From the NCBI GenBank assembly GCA_038203955.1, contig JBBRDK010000002.1, forward strand, positions 17,424 through 81,423: 64,000 bases of DNA, in the 5' to 3' direction. Shown here one piece after another: positions 9,412-19,477 of this stretch. The translations under genes were made by a program, and so were the position numbers. Each line of letters opens with the position of its first letter. Position 1 is the stretch's first letter. The notes below the pieces were generated by a model that was not told where the DNA came from, did not search any database, and was given only the letters and a program-made list of their open reading frames with translations. The DNA comes from Thermoanaerobaculia bacterium. Lineage in GTDB: Bacteria; Acidobacteriota; Thermoanaerobaculia; UBA5066; Gp7-AA6.

Positions 9412-9987
9412 CTAGCGACCGTCGGCGATCGCCTTCGCGACTTCCTCGAGGCCGTTCTCGACCGCGTCCCGGATCGTCGAGCCCTTGTTCTTGTGGCGGA
9501 TCTCACCGACGACGTTGCCCTTCGCATCCTTGACCAGGACCTCCACGCCCACGCCCGGGTTGGCCATCCAGCCTCCCCAGTAACGGCCGGCGCCCCGCGG
9601 CTCCCAGGCGTTGAAGACGTTGCCGGTGACCACGAGGTCCCCGCCCGACTTGACGACCTTGAAGCCCTGCTTGTCCAGCCACTGCTCCATGTAGTCACGG
9701 GCGTCGTGAGCGGCGTCACGCGCCTCGCGGCCGCGGCCGTTCTCGTCGAACTCCTTCACCGAGACAGTCCGGTACTTCTTGAGGCTTCCCTCCGGGAAAT
9801 AGACCCAGTCGGCGTCCTTGCCCTTGGTGAGCTTGTCGTAATCGGGCAGGAACTTCGCGGGCTCGTCCCTTTCCTTCGCATCGTCCGAGTCCTGGAATCC
9901 CTTCTTGGCCGCTTCTGCGGGGCGGGCGGAGAGTACGAGGAAGGCGACGAGAGACATGGCAAACAAACGCGTCGTGTGACGAAGCAT
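9412..9987 (-). CDS. secreted hypothetical protein (signal peptide)
   Basis: Signal peptide MLRHTTRLFAMSLVAFLVLSARPAEA; strong RBS (AAGGAGG); no motif I can name. Confidence 0.6.
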   Translation of the reverse strand: MLRHTTRLFAMSLVAFLVLSARPAEAAKKGFQDSDDAKERDEPAKFLPDYDKLTKGKDADWVYFPEGSLKKYRTVSVKEFDENGRGREARDAAHDARDYMEQWLDKQGFKVVKSGGDLVVTGNVFNAWEPRGAGRYWGGWMANPGVGVEVLVKDAKGNVVGEIRHKNKGSTIRDAVENGLEEVAKAIADGR

Positions 9988-10049
9988 GATCAGGGCCTCC
10001 TTAATTGCGGTTCAAATTCTACCAAAACCCCAGCCTCCCGGGCGGACCG

Positions 10050-11099
10050 TCAACCGGCCAGGCGCTCGCAGACGGCATCGGCGGCGGCGGACGTCGAGAG
10101 CTCCCCTCCCACGTCCCAGGTGCATTTCCGGGCGGCCACGCAGGAGGCCACGGCCCGCTCGATCGCCAGCGCCTCCTCCCTTTTTCCGAGGTGTTCGAGC
10201 ATCAGAGCCACCGTCAGGATCGCGCCAAAGGGGTTGGCCCGCCCCGTCCCGGCGTACTTGGGCGCGGAGCCGTGGACCGGCTCGAACATCGATACCCGTC
10301 CCGGGTGGATGTTCCCCGACGCGGCCATGCCGAGCCCTCCCTGGAGAGCCGCTCCGAGGTCGGTGACGATGTCCCCGAACATGTTGTTGGTGACGATCAC
10401 CTCGAACGGACGGGGGTCCCGGATCAGCTGAAGGCAGAGCGCGTCCACGTAGAGGTGCGACGCTTCGATCCCGGGGTACTCGCGCGACACCTCCGCGAAA
10501 GTGCGCTGCCAGAGGTCCCCGACGAACCGCATGGCGTTCGACTTGTCCGACATGACGACCCGCCGGCGTCCATTCTCCTTCGCGAAGGAGAACGCATGGC
10601 GGATGATCCTCTCGACGCCCCGCCGGGTCGAGAGGTCCTCCTGAGTCGCCACCTCGTCGGGGGTTCCCTTCTTGAAGTTTCCCCCGATCCCGACGTACGA
10701 CCCTTCCGTGTTCTCGCGGAACACCACGAAATCGACGTCCGCCGCGGTATAGCCCTTCAGCGGCGAGAGCCGGTCGTCGAGGCAGCGGACCGGCCGGTAG
10801 TTGACATAGAGGTCGAGCTGGAACCGGGCGCCCAGGAGGATGTCCGCCGCGTGCTTCATGTCCGGCACCCGCGGGTCGCCGAAGGCCCCCATGAAGATGG
10901 CGTCGTAGTTCCGGGCGAGGTCGTCGAACGCCCCCGGGGCGATGGTCTCGCCCGTCGCCAGGTAGTGGTCCGCGCTCCAGGGGAACGACACGAGCTCGAG
11001 GCCGAGAGAGCGGCGCGCGTCCAGGCGCTCCAAGACCTTGACGGCTTCCCGGGTGACGTCGACGCCGATGCCGTCCCCCGGAACGATCGCGAGCTTCAT
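10050..11099 (-). CDS. isocitrate/isopropylmalate dehydrogenase family protein (3-IPM / tartrate dehydrogenase-like)
   Basis: MKLAIVPGDGIG N-terminus, NMFGDIVTDLGAALQGGLGMAASGNI signature of beta-decarboxylating dehydrogenases. Confidence 0.8.
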   Translation of the reverse strand: MKLAIVPGDGIGVDVTREAVKVLERLDARRSLGLELVSFPWSADHYLATGETIAPGAFDDLARNYDAIFMGAFGDPRVPDMKHAADILLGARFQLDLYVNYRPVRCLDDRLSPLKGYTAADVDFVVFRENTEGSYVGIGGNFKKGTPDEVATQEDLSTRRGVERIIRHAFSFAKENGRRRVVMSDKSNAMRFVGDLWQRTFAEVSREYPGIEASHLYVDALCLQLIRDPRPFEVIVTNNMFGDIVTDLGAALQGGLGMAASGNIHPGRVSMFEPVHGSAPKYAGTGRANPFGAILTVALMLEHLGKREEALAIERAVASCVAARKCTWDVGGELSTSAAADAVCERLAG

Positions 11100-11126
11100 G
11101 CGGCGGGGAAGATAGCAGAACGAGGG

Positions 11127-11195
11127 TTAGCTCTCAGCTGTCAGCTGTCAGCTCTCAGCTGTCAGCGGTTCTCAGTTCTCAGTCGTCAGTTGCTG
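11127..11195. repeat. tandem heptamer array (CTCAGCT/GTCAGCT then TCAGTTC)
   Basis: ~10 units of 7 nt in the divergent spacer between the IDH-family gene and the cupin gene; TGA on the minus strand in every unit. Confidence 0.9.
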
Positions 11196-11247
11196 AAACC
11201 GCGCCCCTATCCATGCCCTTGGCCCTTCACCCGGTTAGTATTACCGC

Positions 11248-11775
11248 ATGAAGATCGGTGACTGTGTCCGGGAGATCCTGATCGAGGCGGGAGCCGCGCC
11301 GGAACGTCCCACGCCCGCCGGACTCGTGCCCCGGATTGCCCGCGAGGCCGAGCGGTACCTGGAGCGCGTGCGATTCGATCCGGCGCGGTACGTGCGGCAC
11401 GCTCTTCTTCTCTGGGAGGACTGGGAGGTCATGGTCATCGGGTGGGAGGCCGGCCAGATCACGCCCATCCACGACCACCGCGGCGTCCTCGGAGGAATGG
11501 CCGTGCTTTCCGGCGCCGTCCTCGAAGAGCGGTTCACGACGCCTCATCTCGCGCCGCAGCTTTCCGACTCGAGGGTCCGCCCGGAGGGAGACCTCTGTGA
11601 CACGGGACCCACCGTTCTGCACCGGCTCATGCCGCAGACGCCGCGCGCGGTCACGCTCCACGTTTACAGGCCTCCCCTGCGGAGCATGGGAATCTGGGAC
11701 GACGGAGGGCTGCGAGAGATCCGCGGCTCCGAGTTCGAGATCGGCGTCGAGGAGTTTGCCGGGGCGGGGCGTTGA
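11248..11775 (+). CDS. cupin-fold protein, cysteine dioxygenase type I-like
   Basis: PIHDH metal-binding motif, cupin beta-strands; 175 aa. Confidence 0.55.
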   Translation: MKIGDCVREILIEAGAAPERPTPAGLVPRIAREAERYLERVRFDPARYVRHALLLWEDWEVMVIGWEAGQITPIHDHRGVLGGMAVLSGAVLEERFTTPHLAPQLSDSRVRPEGDLCDTGPTVLHRLMPQTPRAVTLHVYRPPLRSMGIWDDGGLREIRGSEFEIGVEEFAGAGR

Positions 11776-11776
11776 G

Positions 11777-11826
11777 GAAGAAGTTGAGAGTTGAGAGTTA
11801 AGCGTCAAGACTTAAGCGCTGAGCCC
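11777..11826. repeat. tandem heptamer array (AGTTGAG / variants) between convergent genes
   Basis: gaagaAGTTGAGAGTTGAGAGTTAAGCGTCAAGACTTAAGCGCTGAG; stop codons in all frames on the plus strand. Confidence 0.85.
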
Positions 11827-13572
11827 TTAGTTCGTTCGCTTCCCCAGCACGACGGCCCACGGCGCGCCGCGCTCGTCTGAGATTCGCGACACGACTCGCT
11901 CTCCGAAATCGAGGGGAGTTTCCGGAGGCGCGACGCGGAATAACCGCCGCCCGGGTGGAACCGGCGCCTTTGGGGCGTCGGCTCGACGCACGCGTCTGAC
12001 CGCCTCCACCGCGGGTGTCCAGTGGACGAGCCGGGAGTCGATCTCCACGCGCCCGAATCGCTCCCACACGAGCGCGGTCCGCGCGAGGAGGTTGTCGTGC
12101 CCCTCGAATCCGTCGAGCACCTCCAACCGGGGGGCCCAGTCGAGGAAGAGCGCGCGCACCGAAAGAGCTCCCGCGACGAGGAGAGCCCCGACGGCGGCGA
12201 GGGCCGCCGGCCGCGCCGCCCGGAGAGACACGGCCCCGACGAGCGCGAGAACGCCCGCCGCGGCGGCCACGCCGGTCACCGTCGTCAGATAGGCGAACCG
12301 GAATCCGTTCGGCTGCATGACCGGTCCGGAGGCGACGAAGGCGGCGGAAGCCGCCGCCGCATGGGCGAGGAGAAACGCGGAGAGCTCCCGGGCCGGGAAC
12401 AACAGCGCACGCCCGAGCGCGAGGGCGACGGGAACTCCGATCAGCCATCCTAGCCGGGGCCTTGGGACGTCCTGCCAGGGAGAGGGATCCGGGAGCCACC
12501 ACGGCGCGGCGATCGCGTCGGCCGCCGCGGTGAGCGCAGGCCACGGCGAGCGCGCGGCGCGCAGCTCACGAACCATGCTCTGGTCGCCGGCGCGCGCGAA
12601 ATAGGCAGCGCGCCGCCCTTCGCGCAGCAGAAACAGCGGCGCGGCGATCAGCGCAAAGCCCGCCGCCACCGCCAGCGCGTGGCGGACGCGGCGCGGCGCC
12701 GGCGGCCCCGCTTCGAGAGGCCAGAGGGCGAAGAGAAGGGAGGCGCCGAGGGCGATCCACGACGCCAGGTAAACGTGCGCCCCGAGGCCGAGAAGGGCTC
12801 CGGCAGCGAAGGCGGCGGACGCCGACCGCCGGCGCACGGCGCGCAGAAGAGCGAGCGCCGCGAGATCGACGAGCGGCGCGATCACGACGGCCACGTATCC
12901 CCAGCGGGAAAGGATCAGGCTCCAGCGCAGTCCGGCGACGACCAGCCCCGCGAGGGTCCCTCCCCCGCGCGGTAGGAGCGCGCGTCCCAGCAGGATCGCG
13001 GTCACAACGGAGAGACTGCCGGCGAGCGCGGAGAGGAATCGCACGCCGAACACCGTCGCGCCGAACGCGTGAAGCGTCGCGCGGAAGAGCTCGAGGTAGA
13101 GCACCCCGACGCTGCCGTACGGCCGGGCGACGCCGAAGGGCGCGGGGCGGATCGCATCCGCGAAGTCACGCCACGTCCCGGAGAGGGCAAGCGAAGGATG
13201 GATCAGCGTGAGGTCCTCGATCCACAACGCAACCGGCACCGACGAGAGCCGCCAGAAACGCAGCGCCGCGCCCGCCGCGACCACGCCGACCGCCAGCGCG
13301 GCCAGAGTGGTCCCGCGCCACCGGAGCGGTTCGAGCGGCGCGCGGGCGACCGCCGTTTCGCTCCACAGAAGGAAGGCCGCCGCGCCCAAAGCGCCCGCGG
13401 CCCCCGCCGCAGCGATGGCGGCCAGGGTGAGTACGAGCCGCGGCAGCGCCCAGGCTGGATCGGGGTCGGTCAGCAGCAGGGGACGGATGGCGCGGACCAC
13501 CGCCGCGGCGGCGACGAGAGCGGCGCCCAAGCCGGCGGCCAGCGCGGCGCGCTCCGGACGCGCGAGCGTCAT
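11827..13572 (-). CDS. GT-C fold membrane glycosyltransferase (ArnT/PMT-like), paralog B
   Basis: ~12 predicted TM helices; first loop LWIEDLTL (D/E motif); similar to the upstream paralog along its whole length; ATG overlaps the upstream stop (ATGA). Confidence 0.65.
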   Translation of the reverse strand: MTLARPERAALAAGLGAALVAAAAVVRAIRPLLLTDPDPAWALPRLVLTLAAIAAAGAAGALGAAAFLLWSETAVARAPLEPLRWRGTTLAALAVGVVAAGAALRFWRLSSVPVALWIEDLTLIHPSLALSGTWRDFADAIRPAPFGVARPYGSVGVLYLELFRATLHAFGATVFGVRFLSALAGSLSVVTAILLGRALLPRGGGTLAGLVVAGLRWSLILSRWGYVAVVIAPLVDLAALALLRAVRRRSASAAFAAGALLGLGAHVYLASWIALGASLLFALWPLEAGPPAPRRVRHALAVAAGFALIAAPLFLLREGRRAAYFARAGDQSMVRELRAARSPWPALTAAADAIAAPWWLPDPSPWQDVPRPRLGWLIGVPVALALGRALLFPARELSAFLLAHAAAASAAFVASGPVMQPNGFRFAYLTTVTGVAAAAGVLALVGAVSLRAARPAALAAVGALLVAGALSVRALFLDWAPRLEVLDGFEGHDNLLARTALVWERFGRVEIDSRLVHWTPAVEAVRRVRRADAPKAPVPPGRRLFRVAPPETPLDFGERVVSRISDERGAPWAVVLGKRTN

Positions 13573-15395
13573 GCGGGGCCGCGCGCGGGGCGCGGGACCG
13601 CCAGGACGACTCCCCAGTCGCGCCCCCAGGCATCGCGCACGCGCTCCACCACTCTCTCTCCTCCGCGGGGCGCGGAGCGCGGGGCGGCGACGCGGAAAGC
13701 GCGAGGGGAAATCGACGCGAGCAGCGGCATTCCCGGCGCCGCGCGATCCGGGTCCAGCCGGTACCGGCGGACCGCGTCGACGGTGATCGGAGAGTGCTCG
13801 GTGCCGGATTCGACCGATACCGGGCCGAAGGTTTCCCACCGGGCGGCCGCCCGTCCGAGGAGGGTGTCCTGTCCGTGGAACGCGTCGAAGGTCTCGCGCT
13901 GGACCGGCCAGACGGCGAGAGCATCCCGGGCGCCGAGTGCTCCCGAGACCGCCACGACGCCGACGGCCGCGATGGCAGCCGCCCGCCGCGAGAAATCGAC
14001 CGGCCGCGGCGCGCGCGGCTGCCGCCGCGACGCGGCGAATGCGCGGCCGGCGAGAAGCAGAATCCCGCAGGCGGCGGCGACGGCCGCCACGTCGGCGAGA
14101 TAGCCGAAGCGGTAGCCGTTGGGGATTCCCGCCTGCCCTCCGACCACGGAGGCGGCGAGCGCGGCGGCGCCGTGAGACAGGAAAAACGCGGAAGGCTCCT
14201 CGCCGGGACGCGCGAGCGCGCGCGCCGCCGCGACTCCGAGGGGCACGACCATCAGCCAGCCGAGGAGGGCGTACCCCGAGAAGGGATCCGGGCGCCCCCA
14301 GGGAGCGGAGAGCGAGTCGGCGGCCGCCGCGAAGAGCGGCATGGGAGAGCGGGTCCGGCGCATCTCCCGAACCACGTTGTGATCCGACGCCCGCGCGAAA
14401 TAGGGAGCGACGCGCCCCTCCTTCCAGAGAAAGATGGGGAGGGTGACGAGAAAAAAAGCGGCAGCGAAGGTGAGAGGTAACCGCGCAAGAGGGCGCAAGC
14501 GAGTGACCGCCGCGGGAGTCCCCGAAGGGCCCGGCACCGGCATCGGCCAGAGCGCCAGCAGCAGGAGCGCCGCCGCGGCGACCCACGCGGCGAGATACAC
14601 GTGGGTTCCGATCCCCGCGACCGCTCCGGCGGCGGCGGCGAGCCACGCGCTCCGGCGCCGCCGCGCGAGAAGAACGAGAAGACCGGCCGCGTCGACTATC
14701 GGCGCGAGCACCACCGCGTTCCAGCCCCACCGGGAGTTCAGGAGGTTCCACCGCAGCGCCGCGAACGCGAGGGCGGCCAGGGCGCCTCCGCCGGAGGGGA
14801 GGAGCATCCGTCCGAGGAGGTAGACCGTTCCGATCGAGCAAACGCCCGCCGCCGCGGCGAGGAACCTCACTCCCAGGACCGTGGTGCCGAACTTAGAGAG
14901 GGCCGCGCGATATCCCTCGAGGTAGAGAACGCCCACGCTTCCGTACGGCTTCTCCACCCCGTACGGGGCGGGGCGGATCGCGTTGACGAAGTCCGACGGC
15001 GCTCCCCGCAGCTCGAGAGCGGGGGTCACGAGCGAGAGGTCGTCGATCCACAGAGACGAAGGCAGGCGTTCGAGCGCGGCGAAGCGAAACAAGGCACCGA
15101 GGATCAGCGCGAGCAGCGCGAGCCCCCCGAGCGAGCGCTTCGACAGCGCGAGCGGCTCGACGGGTGTGGTCAGAATCCCCCCCCGGTCGACCCAAACGCG
15201 AAAGATTCCGGCGGCGGAGCCGGCCGCGAACGCGGCCCCGGCGATCGCGGCGAGGCCGAGCAGCATCCGCGGCGCCGCCCACGCGGGATCGGGGTCGGTG
15301 AGGGGGAGCGGACGGAAGACCCGCACGAGGTCGACCGCGGCGACGAAACCGAAGAGAAGCCCGACGAGGAAAGCGGCCGGGTTCCCCGGCCTCAC
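13569..15395 (-). CDS. GT-C fold membrane glycosyltransferase (ArnT/PMT-like), paralog A
   Basis: 608 aa, polytopic; LWIDDLSL loop motif; RPAPYGVEKPYGSVGVLYLE conserved with paralog B. Confidence 0.65.
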   Translation of the reverse strand: MRPGNPAAFLVGLLFGFVAAVDLVRVFRPLPLTDPDPAWAAPRMLLGLAAIAGAAFAAGSAAGIFRVWVDRGGILTTPVEPLALSKRSLGGLALLALILGALFRFAALERLPSSLWIDDLSLVTPALELRGAPSDFVNAIRPAPYGVEKPYGSVGVLYLEGYRAALSKFGTTVLGVRFLAAAAGVCSIGTVYLLGRMLLPSGGGALAALAFAALRWNLLNSRWGWNAVVLAPIVDAAGLLVLLARRRRSAWLAAAAGAVAGIGTHVYLAAWVAAAALLLLALWPMPVPGPSGTPAAVTRLRPLARLPLTFAAAFFLVTLPIFLWKEGRVAPYFARASDHNVVREMRRTRSPMPLFAAAADSLSAPWGRPDPFSGYALLGWLMVVPLGVAAARALARPGEEPSAFFLSHGAAALAASVVGGQAGIPNGYRFGYLADVAAVAAACGILLLAGRAFAASRRQPRAPRPVDFSRRAAAIAAVGVVAVSGALGARDALAVWPVQRETFDAFHGQDTLLGRAAARWETFGPVSVESGTEHSPITVDAVRRYRLDPDRAAPGMPLLASISPRAFRVAAPRSAPRGGERVVERVRDAWGRDWGVVLAVPRPARGPA

Positions 15396-15453
15396 GCGAA
15401 GATCAGCGCCGGGCCCGTCTGTTCTCGAGGAACCGTCACCTCTGAAAGAGCCG

Positions 15454-15978
15454 TCACTTCTCGAAGAAGAGGAAGAGATTCACGGCCGTCGGGCCGAGCG
15501 AGAAGAAGTCCCCCGAGCGCAGCGTCGCCGCGCAATCGTCCTCCGTCGCTCCGCCGAGATCGTCGGGGACGGGGATCGCCTCGCCGTTCAAGTACGTGCC
15601 GCACGTGGACCGCATGTCGACCAGGCGAAAATGCGGCGTCGAAGAGAAGAGACGGCGATAGAGCTTCGCGTGGATCCGCGAGACCTCGGCGTTTAAAAAC
15701 GCGTCGGGAGACGACACGCGAAATCCCGAGACGGGCATCCCGACGCCGATGAACTCGGGAACCTCGCGCCCGATCAGCAGCTCCTCGAAATCGAGCTTGA
15801 CGAGGCCGGCGTTGTACGGGCCGAGCCCCAGCAGGTAGTGCCCCTCCGGCAGCCGCAGAAGAGTCTTCTCGAGGCGGGAGGACATGCCGGCCATTCCGTT
15901 ATCGACGAAGGACATGACGTCCCGCTGGCGGGATTCCAGCGCTTCCCGGCAGATCGCGGAATAGAGATCGTCTTTCAT
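15454..15978 (-). CDS. FHA domain-containing protein
   Basis: C-terminal FHA signature ...LLIGRE...FRLVDMRSTCGTYLNGEAI...; 59 nt upstream of the GT-C pair on the same strand. Confidence 0.65.
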   Translation of the reverse strand: MKDDLYSAICREALESRQRDVMSFVDNGMAGMSSRLEKTLLRLPEGHYLLGLGPYNAGLVKLDFEELLIGREVPEFIGVGMPVSGFRVSSPDAFLNAEVSRIHAKLYRRLFSSTPHFRLVDMRSTCGTYLNGEAIPVPDDLGGATEDDCAATLRSGDFFSLGPTAVNLFLFFEK

Positions 15979-16090
15979 GGTGACGTGGGGAACAGCAAAA
16001 GCCGCGCCTTGCGGAACCGAAGAGCAGGGCGCTCGAAGACCGCGGGCCGAGCCGAAGGCCTCACGCGCTCATTGTCGCACAGGAGAGGGC

Positions 16091-16132
16091 GTTGGGCGCC
16101 GGGCGCGAGACGTTGGGCGCCGGGCGCAACCG
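16091..16132. repeat. GC-rich 21-bp (3 x 7) direct repeat GTTGGGCGCCGGGCGCGAGAC x2
   Basis: Spacer between the helicase stop and the FHA gene start. Confidence 0.85.
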
Positions 16133-16147
16133 GGCCCCTCTGCCCGA

Positions 16148-18208
16148 TCAGTTCACCGGGCCGTCCGGATTCGAGCGCGGCGTGTCCTCGGAAGCGGGCG
16201 TCTCCTCCGGGACGGCCTCCGTCTCGATCGTCCACCGCTCGTAGACCTCGGCGGGAAGCTCGACGAGAAACCGCGACGGCTCCAGGATCACGTCGACCCC
16301 GTAACGGTCACGGGCGAGCATCGGATAGACCAGGTTGACCTCGTTCTTCGCGCGCGTGACCGCCACGTAGAAGAGGCGGCGCTCCTCTTCCAGCCCCTGG
16401 TCGGTGTTCGCGGACCGGTAGCTCGGGAACCGTCCTTCCGAGAGCCCCATCACGACGACGCGGCTCCACTCGAGCCCCTTCGCCTGATGGATCGAGGAGA
16501 GGACGACGCGGTCGTCGTCGGCCTCGCCCGCCACGACGTCTTCTCCCGAGAGCTCGTTGAAGAGCGTGACTTCCTCCAGGAACGCGGGCAGCGAGTCGTA
16601 CGACTGGGCGAACTGCGCGAACTGCTCGAGATCGTCGAGCCGCGCGTCCCCGTTGGGAAACTTCGCGCGCGCAAAATCCCGGTAGACGCCATCGACGACC
16701 GCGCGGATCGCCTCGGCCGGGGACGAGCGAACCGACGGAGACTCGAGGCGCCCGAGCAGGGTGCGGAACGGCTGCAGGGCGGCCGCCGCGCCGCGCGGAA
16801 GCTCGATTCCCCCGGCGCCCTCGCGCTCGCGGAACGATGCGAGCGGATCCGGCCGCCCGCCGATCGCCTGCCAGACCGCCGTCGCGGCGCGCTCCCCCAC
16901 GCGCGGGAAGAGCTTCAGTGCCCGCTTCCAGGACAGCTCGTCCTTCGGGTTCACGACGAGCCTCAGGAAAGCGAGGACGTCCTTGACGTGGCGTTGCTCG
17001 AAGAACCGCATGCCCGAACGGATCTCGTAAGGAATTCCGCGGCGCGTCAGCTCGATCTGGAGCTCCAGCGCCTGGTAATGCGCCCGATAGAGCACGGCGA
17101 GATCGGCCAGCTTCTCTCCCTCGTCGTGCCACTCGAGGAGCCGCTGAGCGACGAAGCGGGCCTGGTCGGGAATGTCGGGCAGCGCCACGACGGCGGGAAA
17201 CACTCCGCCGTCCCGGGCCGCGCGAAGGTCCTTCGGAAACTGCCTCACGTTGTGCGCGATCGAAGCGTTGGCGAGCGCCAGGATCTGCGGCGTCGAGCGG
17301 TAGTTGGTGGTGAGCCGGTACGTCTTCGCTTCCGGGTATCGCTCGGGGAAGCCGAGGATGTTCTCGAAAGACGCCCCCCGAAACGAGTAGATCGCCTGTG
17401 CGTCGTCGCCCACGACCGTTACGTTGCGGCGGACGCGGGCCATGCCGTCGACGAGATCGCCCTGAAGCCGGTTCGTGTCCTGGTACTCGTCCACGAGGAC
17501 GTGGTCGTAGGACGCCGCCATCTGCGCCGCCGTCTCGGGGCTCTCGTCGAGGAGCCGCTTCCAGAGCAGGAGCAGGTCGTCGTAGTCGCACGCGTTGCCG
17601 AGACGCTTGCGCTCCCGGTAACGCTGGAAAACGCCGGCGATCTCCGCCTCGAGGGCGGAGAAATGCGGGGCGCGCTCGCCCAAGACTTCCGCGAACGGCC
17701 GGCCCGTGTTGATCGTGTTGGAGTAGAGGTCGAGCAGCACGTCGCCCTTGGGGAAGCGGCGCTCGACGACGGGGATGCCGCGGTCCGACGTCGACGCCTC
17801 GAGGAGCTCGCGCGCGTCTTCCGGGTCGAGGATCGTGAAGTTCGGGGCCAGGCCCACCCGGACGCCGAAGCGCCGGAGCAGGCGGTTTCCGACGGAATGG
17901 AACGTCCCGCCGAGGAGACGCCGGGTGTCCACGGTGAGCAACGCTTCGACCCGCCGCAGCATCTCGCGGGACGCCTTGTTCGTGAAGGTCAGCAGCACGA
18001 TCCGCGAGGGGTCCGTCCCCGATTCGATGAGCCGGGAAACGCGGTAGACGAGCGTCCGGGTCTTCCCCGAACCCGCCCCCGCGATGACGAGCAGCGGGCC
18101 CCCGCCTGCCAGGACCACCTCCCGCTGCTCTTCGTTCAACTCCCGGTCGTAGTCGACGCGGTAATTCCGGAGAGGAACGGGCTTCTTGAGGACGTATCGG
18201 CGTTCCAC
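16148..18208 (-). CDS. UvrD/PcrA/Rep-family ATP-dependent DNA helicase
   Basis: GAGSGKTRTL Walker A, helicase motifs through VTRAK; 686 aa; GTG start. Confidence 0.85.
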   Translation of the reverse strand: MERRYVLKKPVPLRNYRVDYDRELNEEQREVVLAGGGPLLVIAGAGSGKTRTLVYRVSRLIESGTDPSRIVLLTFTNKASREMLRRVEALLTVDTRRLLGGTFHSVGNRLLRRFGVRVGLAPNFTILDPEDARELLEASTSDRGIPVVERRFPKGDVLLDLYSNTINTGRPFAEVLGERAPHFSALEAEIAGVFQRYRERKRLGNACDYDDLLLLWKRLLDESPETAAQMAASYDHVLVDEYQDTNRLQGDLVDGMARVRRNVTVVGDDAQAIYSFRGASFENILGFPERYPEAKTYRLTTNYRSTPQILALANASIAHNVRQFPKDLRAARDGGVFPAVVALPDIPDQARFVAQRLLEWHDEGEKLADLAVLYRAHYQALELQIELTRRGIPYEIRSGMRFFEQRHVKDVLAFLRLVVNPKDELSWKRALKLFPRVGERAATAVWQAIGGRPDPLASFREREGAGGIELPRGAAAALQPFRTLLGRLESPSVRSSPAEAIRAVVDGVYRDFARAKFPNGDARLDDLEQFAQFAQSYDSLPAFLEEVTLFNELSGEDVVAGEADDDRVVLSSIHQAKGLEWSRVVVMGLSEGRFPSYRSANTDQGLEEERRLFYVAVTRAKNEVNLVYPMLARDRYGVDVILEPSRFLVELPAEVYERWTIETEAVPEETPASEDTPRSNPDGPVN

Positions 18209-18210
18209 GT

Positions 18211-18303
18211 GTTGAGTTTATTGGAGTTGAGAGTGGGCGGTTCAGAGTTGAGAGTTGAGAGTCCGGCGGCCGGAACGAACGCTCAACGCTGAACGCGCTC
18301 AAC
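18211..18303. repeat. tandem heptamer array (AGTTGAG family) with a partly complementary GCTCAAC half
   Basis: gttgagtttattggAGTTGAGAGTgggcggttcagAGTTGAGAGTTGAGAGtc...gctcaacgctgaacgcgctcaacc. Confidence 0.85.
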
Positions 18304-18408
18304 CTTCCCCCTCCCGCCTCCCGCCCCGTCACAGTAATCTTTTTGCCTGCCTTCGCGTTCTAATGGACGGGCCTGGCGACGTTACGGGCCGGCCAAGGAG
18401 ACCGAGTC

Positions 18409-18909
18409 ATGAGCATTCAACAGTTTCGCCGATCCGTCCTGGTGGTGGCCGGGGTCGCTGCTCTGGCGGCCGCGGGCCTTTTCGCCGGGCGTCTGTCCGC
18501 CGACGCCTTTCCGAACAAGGGCCGCGGCGATTTCGCTCCCCGGATGTTCGGGCGGATGGCGCGATTCCTCGAGCTGACCGACGACCAGCAGGCGCAGATC
18601 AAGACCGTTCTGAAGGCGCACGCCGCCGAGATCGAAGCGCAGATGGCCGCCAAACGAACCGCCCGGCAGGCCCTGCGGCAGGCGATGCTCTCGCAGCCCG
18701 TCGACGAAGCGGCGATCCGGGCCCGGGCCGAGGAGGGTGGAAAGGTCGAAGCCGACGGCGCCGTGCTCTTCGCGCGGATCCGGACGGAGATCGATCCGAT
18801 CCTAACCCCCGACCAGCGAACGAAGGTTCAGACGTTTGCGACGCGGTCGCGCCGCCGCCGCGACAACGCGATCCAGTCCTTCGACCGGTTCATCAAGAGC
18901 GGCTCGTAG
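18409..18909 (+). CDS. periplasmic Spy/CpxP/ZraP-family (LTXXQ motif) protein
   Basis: Signal peptide; two LTxxQ motifs (LTDDQQAQI, LTPDQRTKV); helical repeat architecture. Confidence 0.75.
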   Translation: MSIQQFRRSVLVVAGVAALAAAGLFAGRLSADAFPNKGRGDFAPRMFGRMARFLELTDDQQAQIKTVLKAHAAEIEAQMAAKRTARQALRQAMLSQPVDEAAIRARAEEGGKVEADGAVLFARIRTEIDPILTPDQRTKVQTFATRSRRRRDNAIQSFDRFIKSGS

Positions 18910-18914
18910 CATCG

Positions 18915-19477
18915 TCTTGACCGCGCCCGTCCCCGCCTCTCCTCCGGCGTCCTCTCCCCGGTCCGACGAAGCGGCCCTGGTCGAGAAGGCGCGCCGCGGG
19001 GACGAAGACGCCTTCGCGGAGCTGATTCGTCTGGGCGGGCCCGCGGCCCTCGGAGCCGCGCGCCGAATCACCCGGGACCCGGCCCTCGCCCAGGATGCGG
19101 CCCAGGAGGCCTTCCTCCGCGCGTACCGGGCGCTCGGGGACTACCGGCAGGAATCGTCGTTCGTCGCATGGATCCGGAAGATTGCGGTTCGCACCGCGAT
19201 CGATCTTGTCCGCCGCCGCCGCCCGGAAGACCCGCTTCCCGAAGGCTCGCTGGCAGGCGCGTCGGAAGAGAAGCGGCAGGAGGACGCCGACCTCCTTCGC
19301 GTGGCCCTCGCCACGCTCTCTCCGCTCGACCGGGAGATTCTTATCGCCCGGGAAGTCGAGGGGACAGGCGACGCGGAGGTCGCCCGCCGTTTCGAGATGA
19401 CCGTCACGGGAGTGCGCGTGAGGATGCACCGGGCGCGCAAGAAGCTGCGGGCCCGTTTTCTGGGGGGGATGGTATGA
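18915..19477 (+). CDS. ECF (sigma-70 family) RNA polymerase sigma factor
   Basis: Region 2 (FAELIRL...AQDAAQEAFLRAYRAL) and region 4 (LSPLDREILIAREVEG...VARRFEMTVTGVRVRMHRARKKLR); start probably TTG near 18915. Confidence 0.8.

Noticed and set aside
15977-18292. 771-aa plus-strand ORF and 674-aa minus-strand ORF 16308-18332
   Set aside because: They overlap the UvrD-like helicase, which has clear motifs; these are alternative-frame artefacts of high GC.
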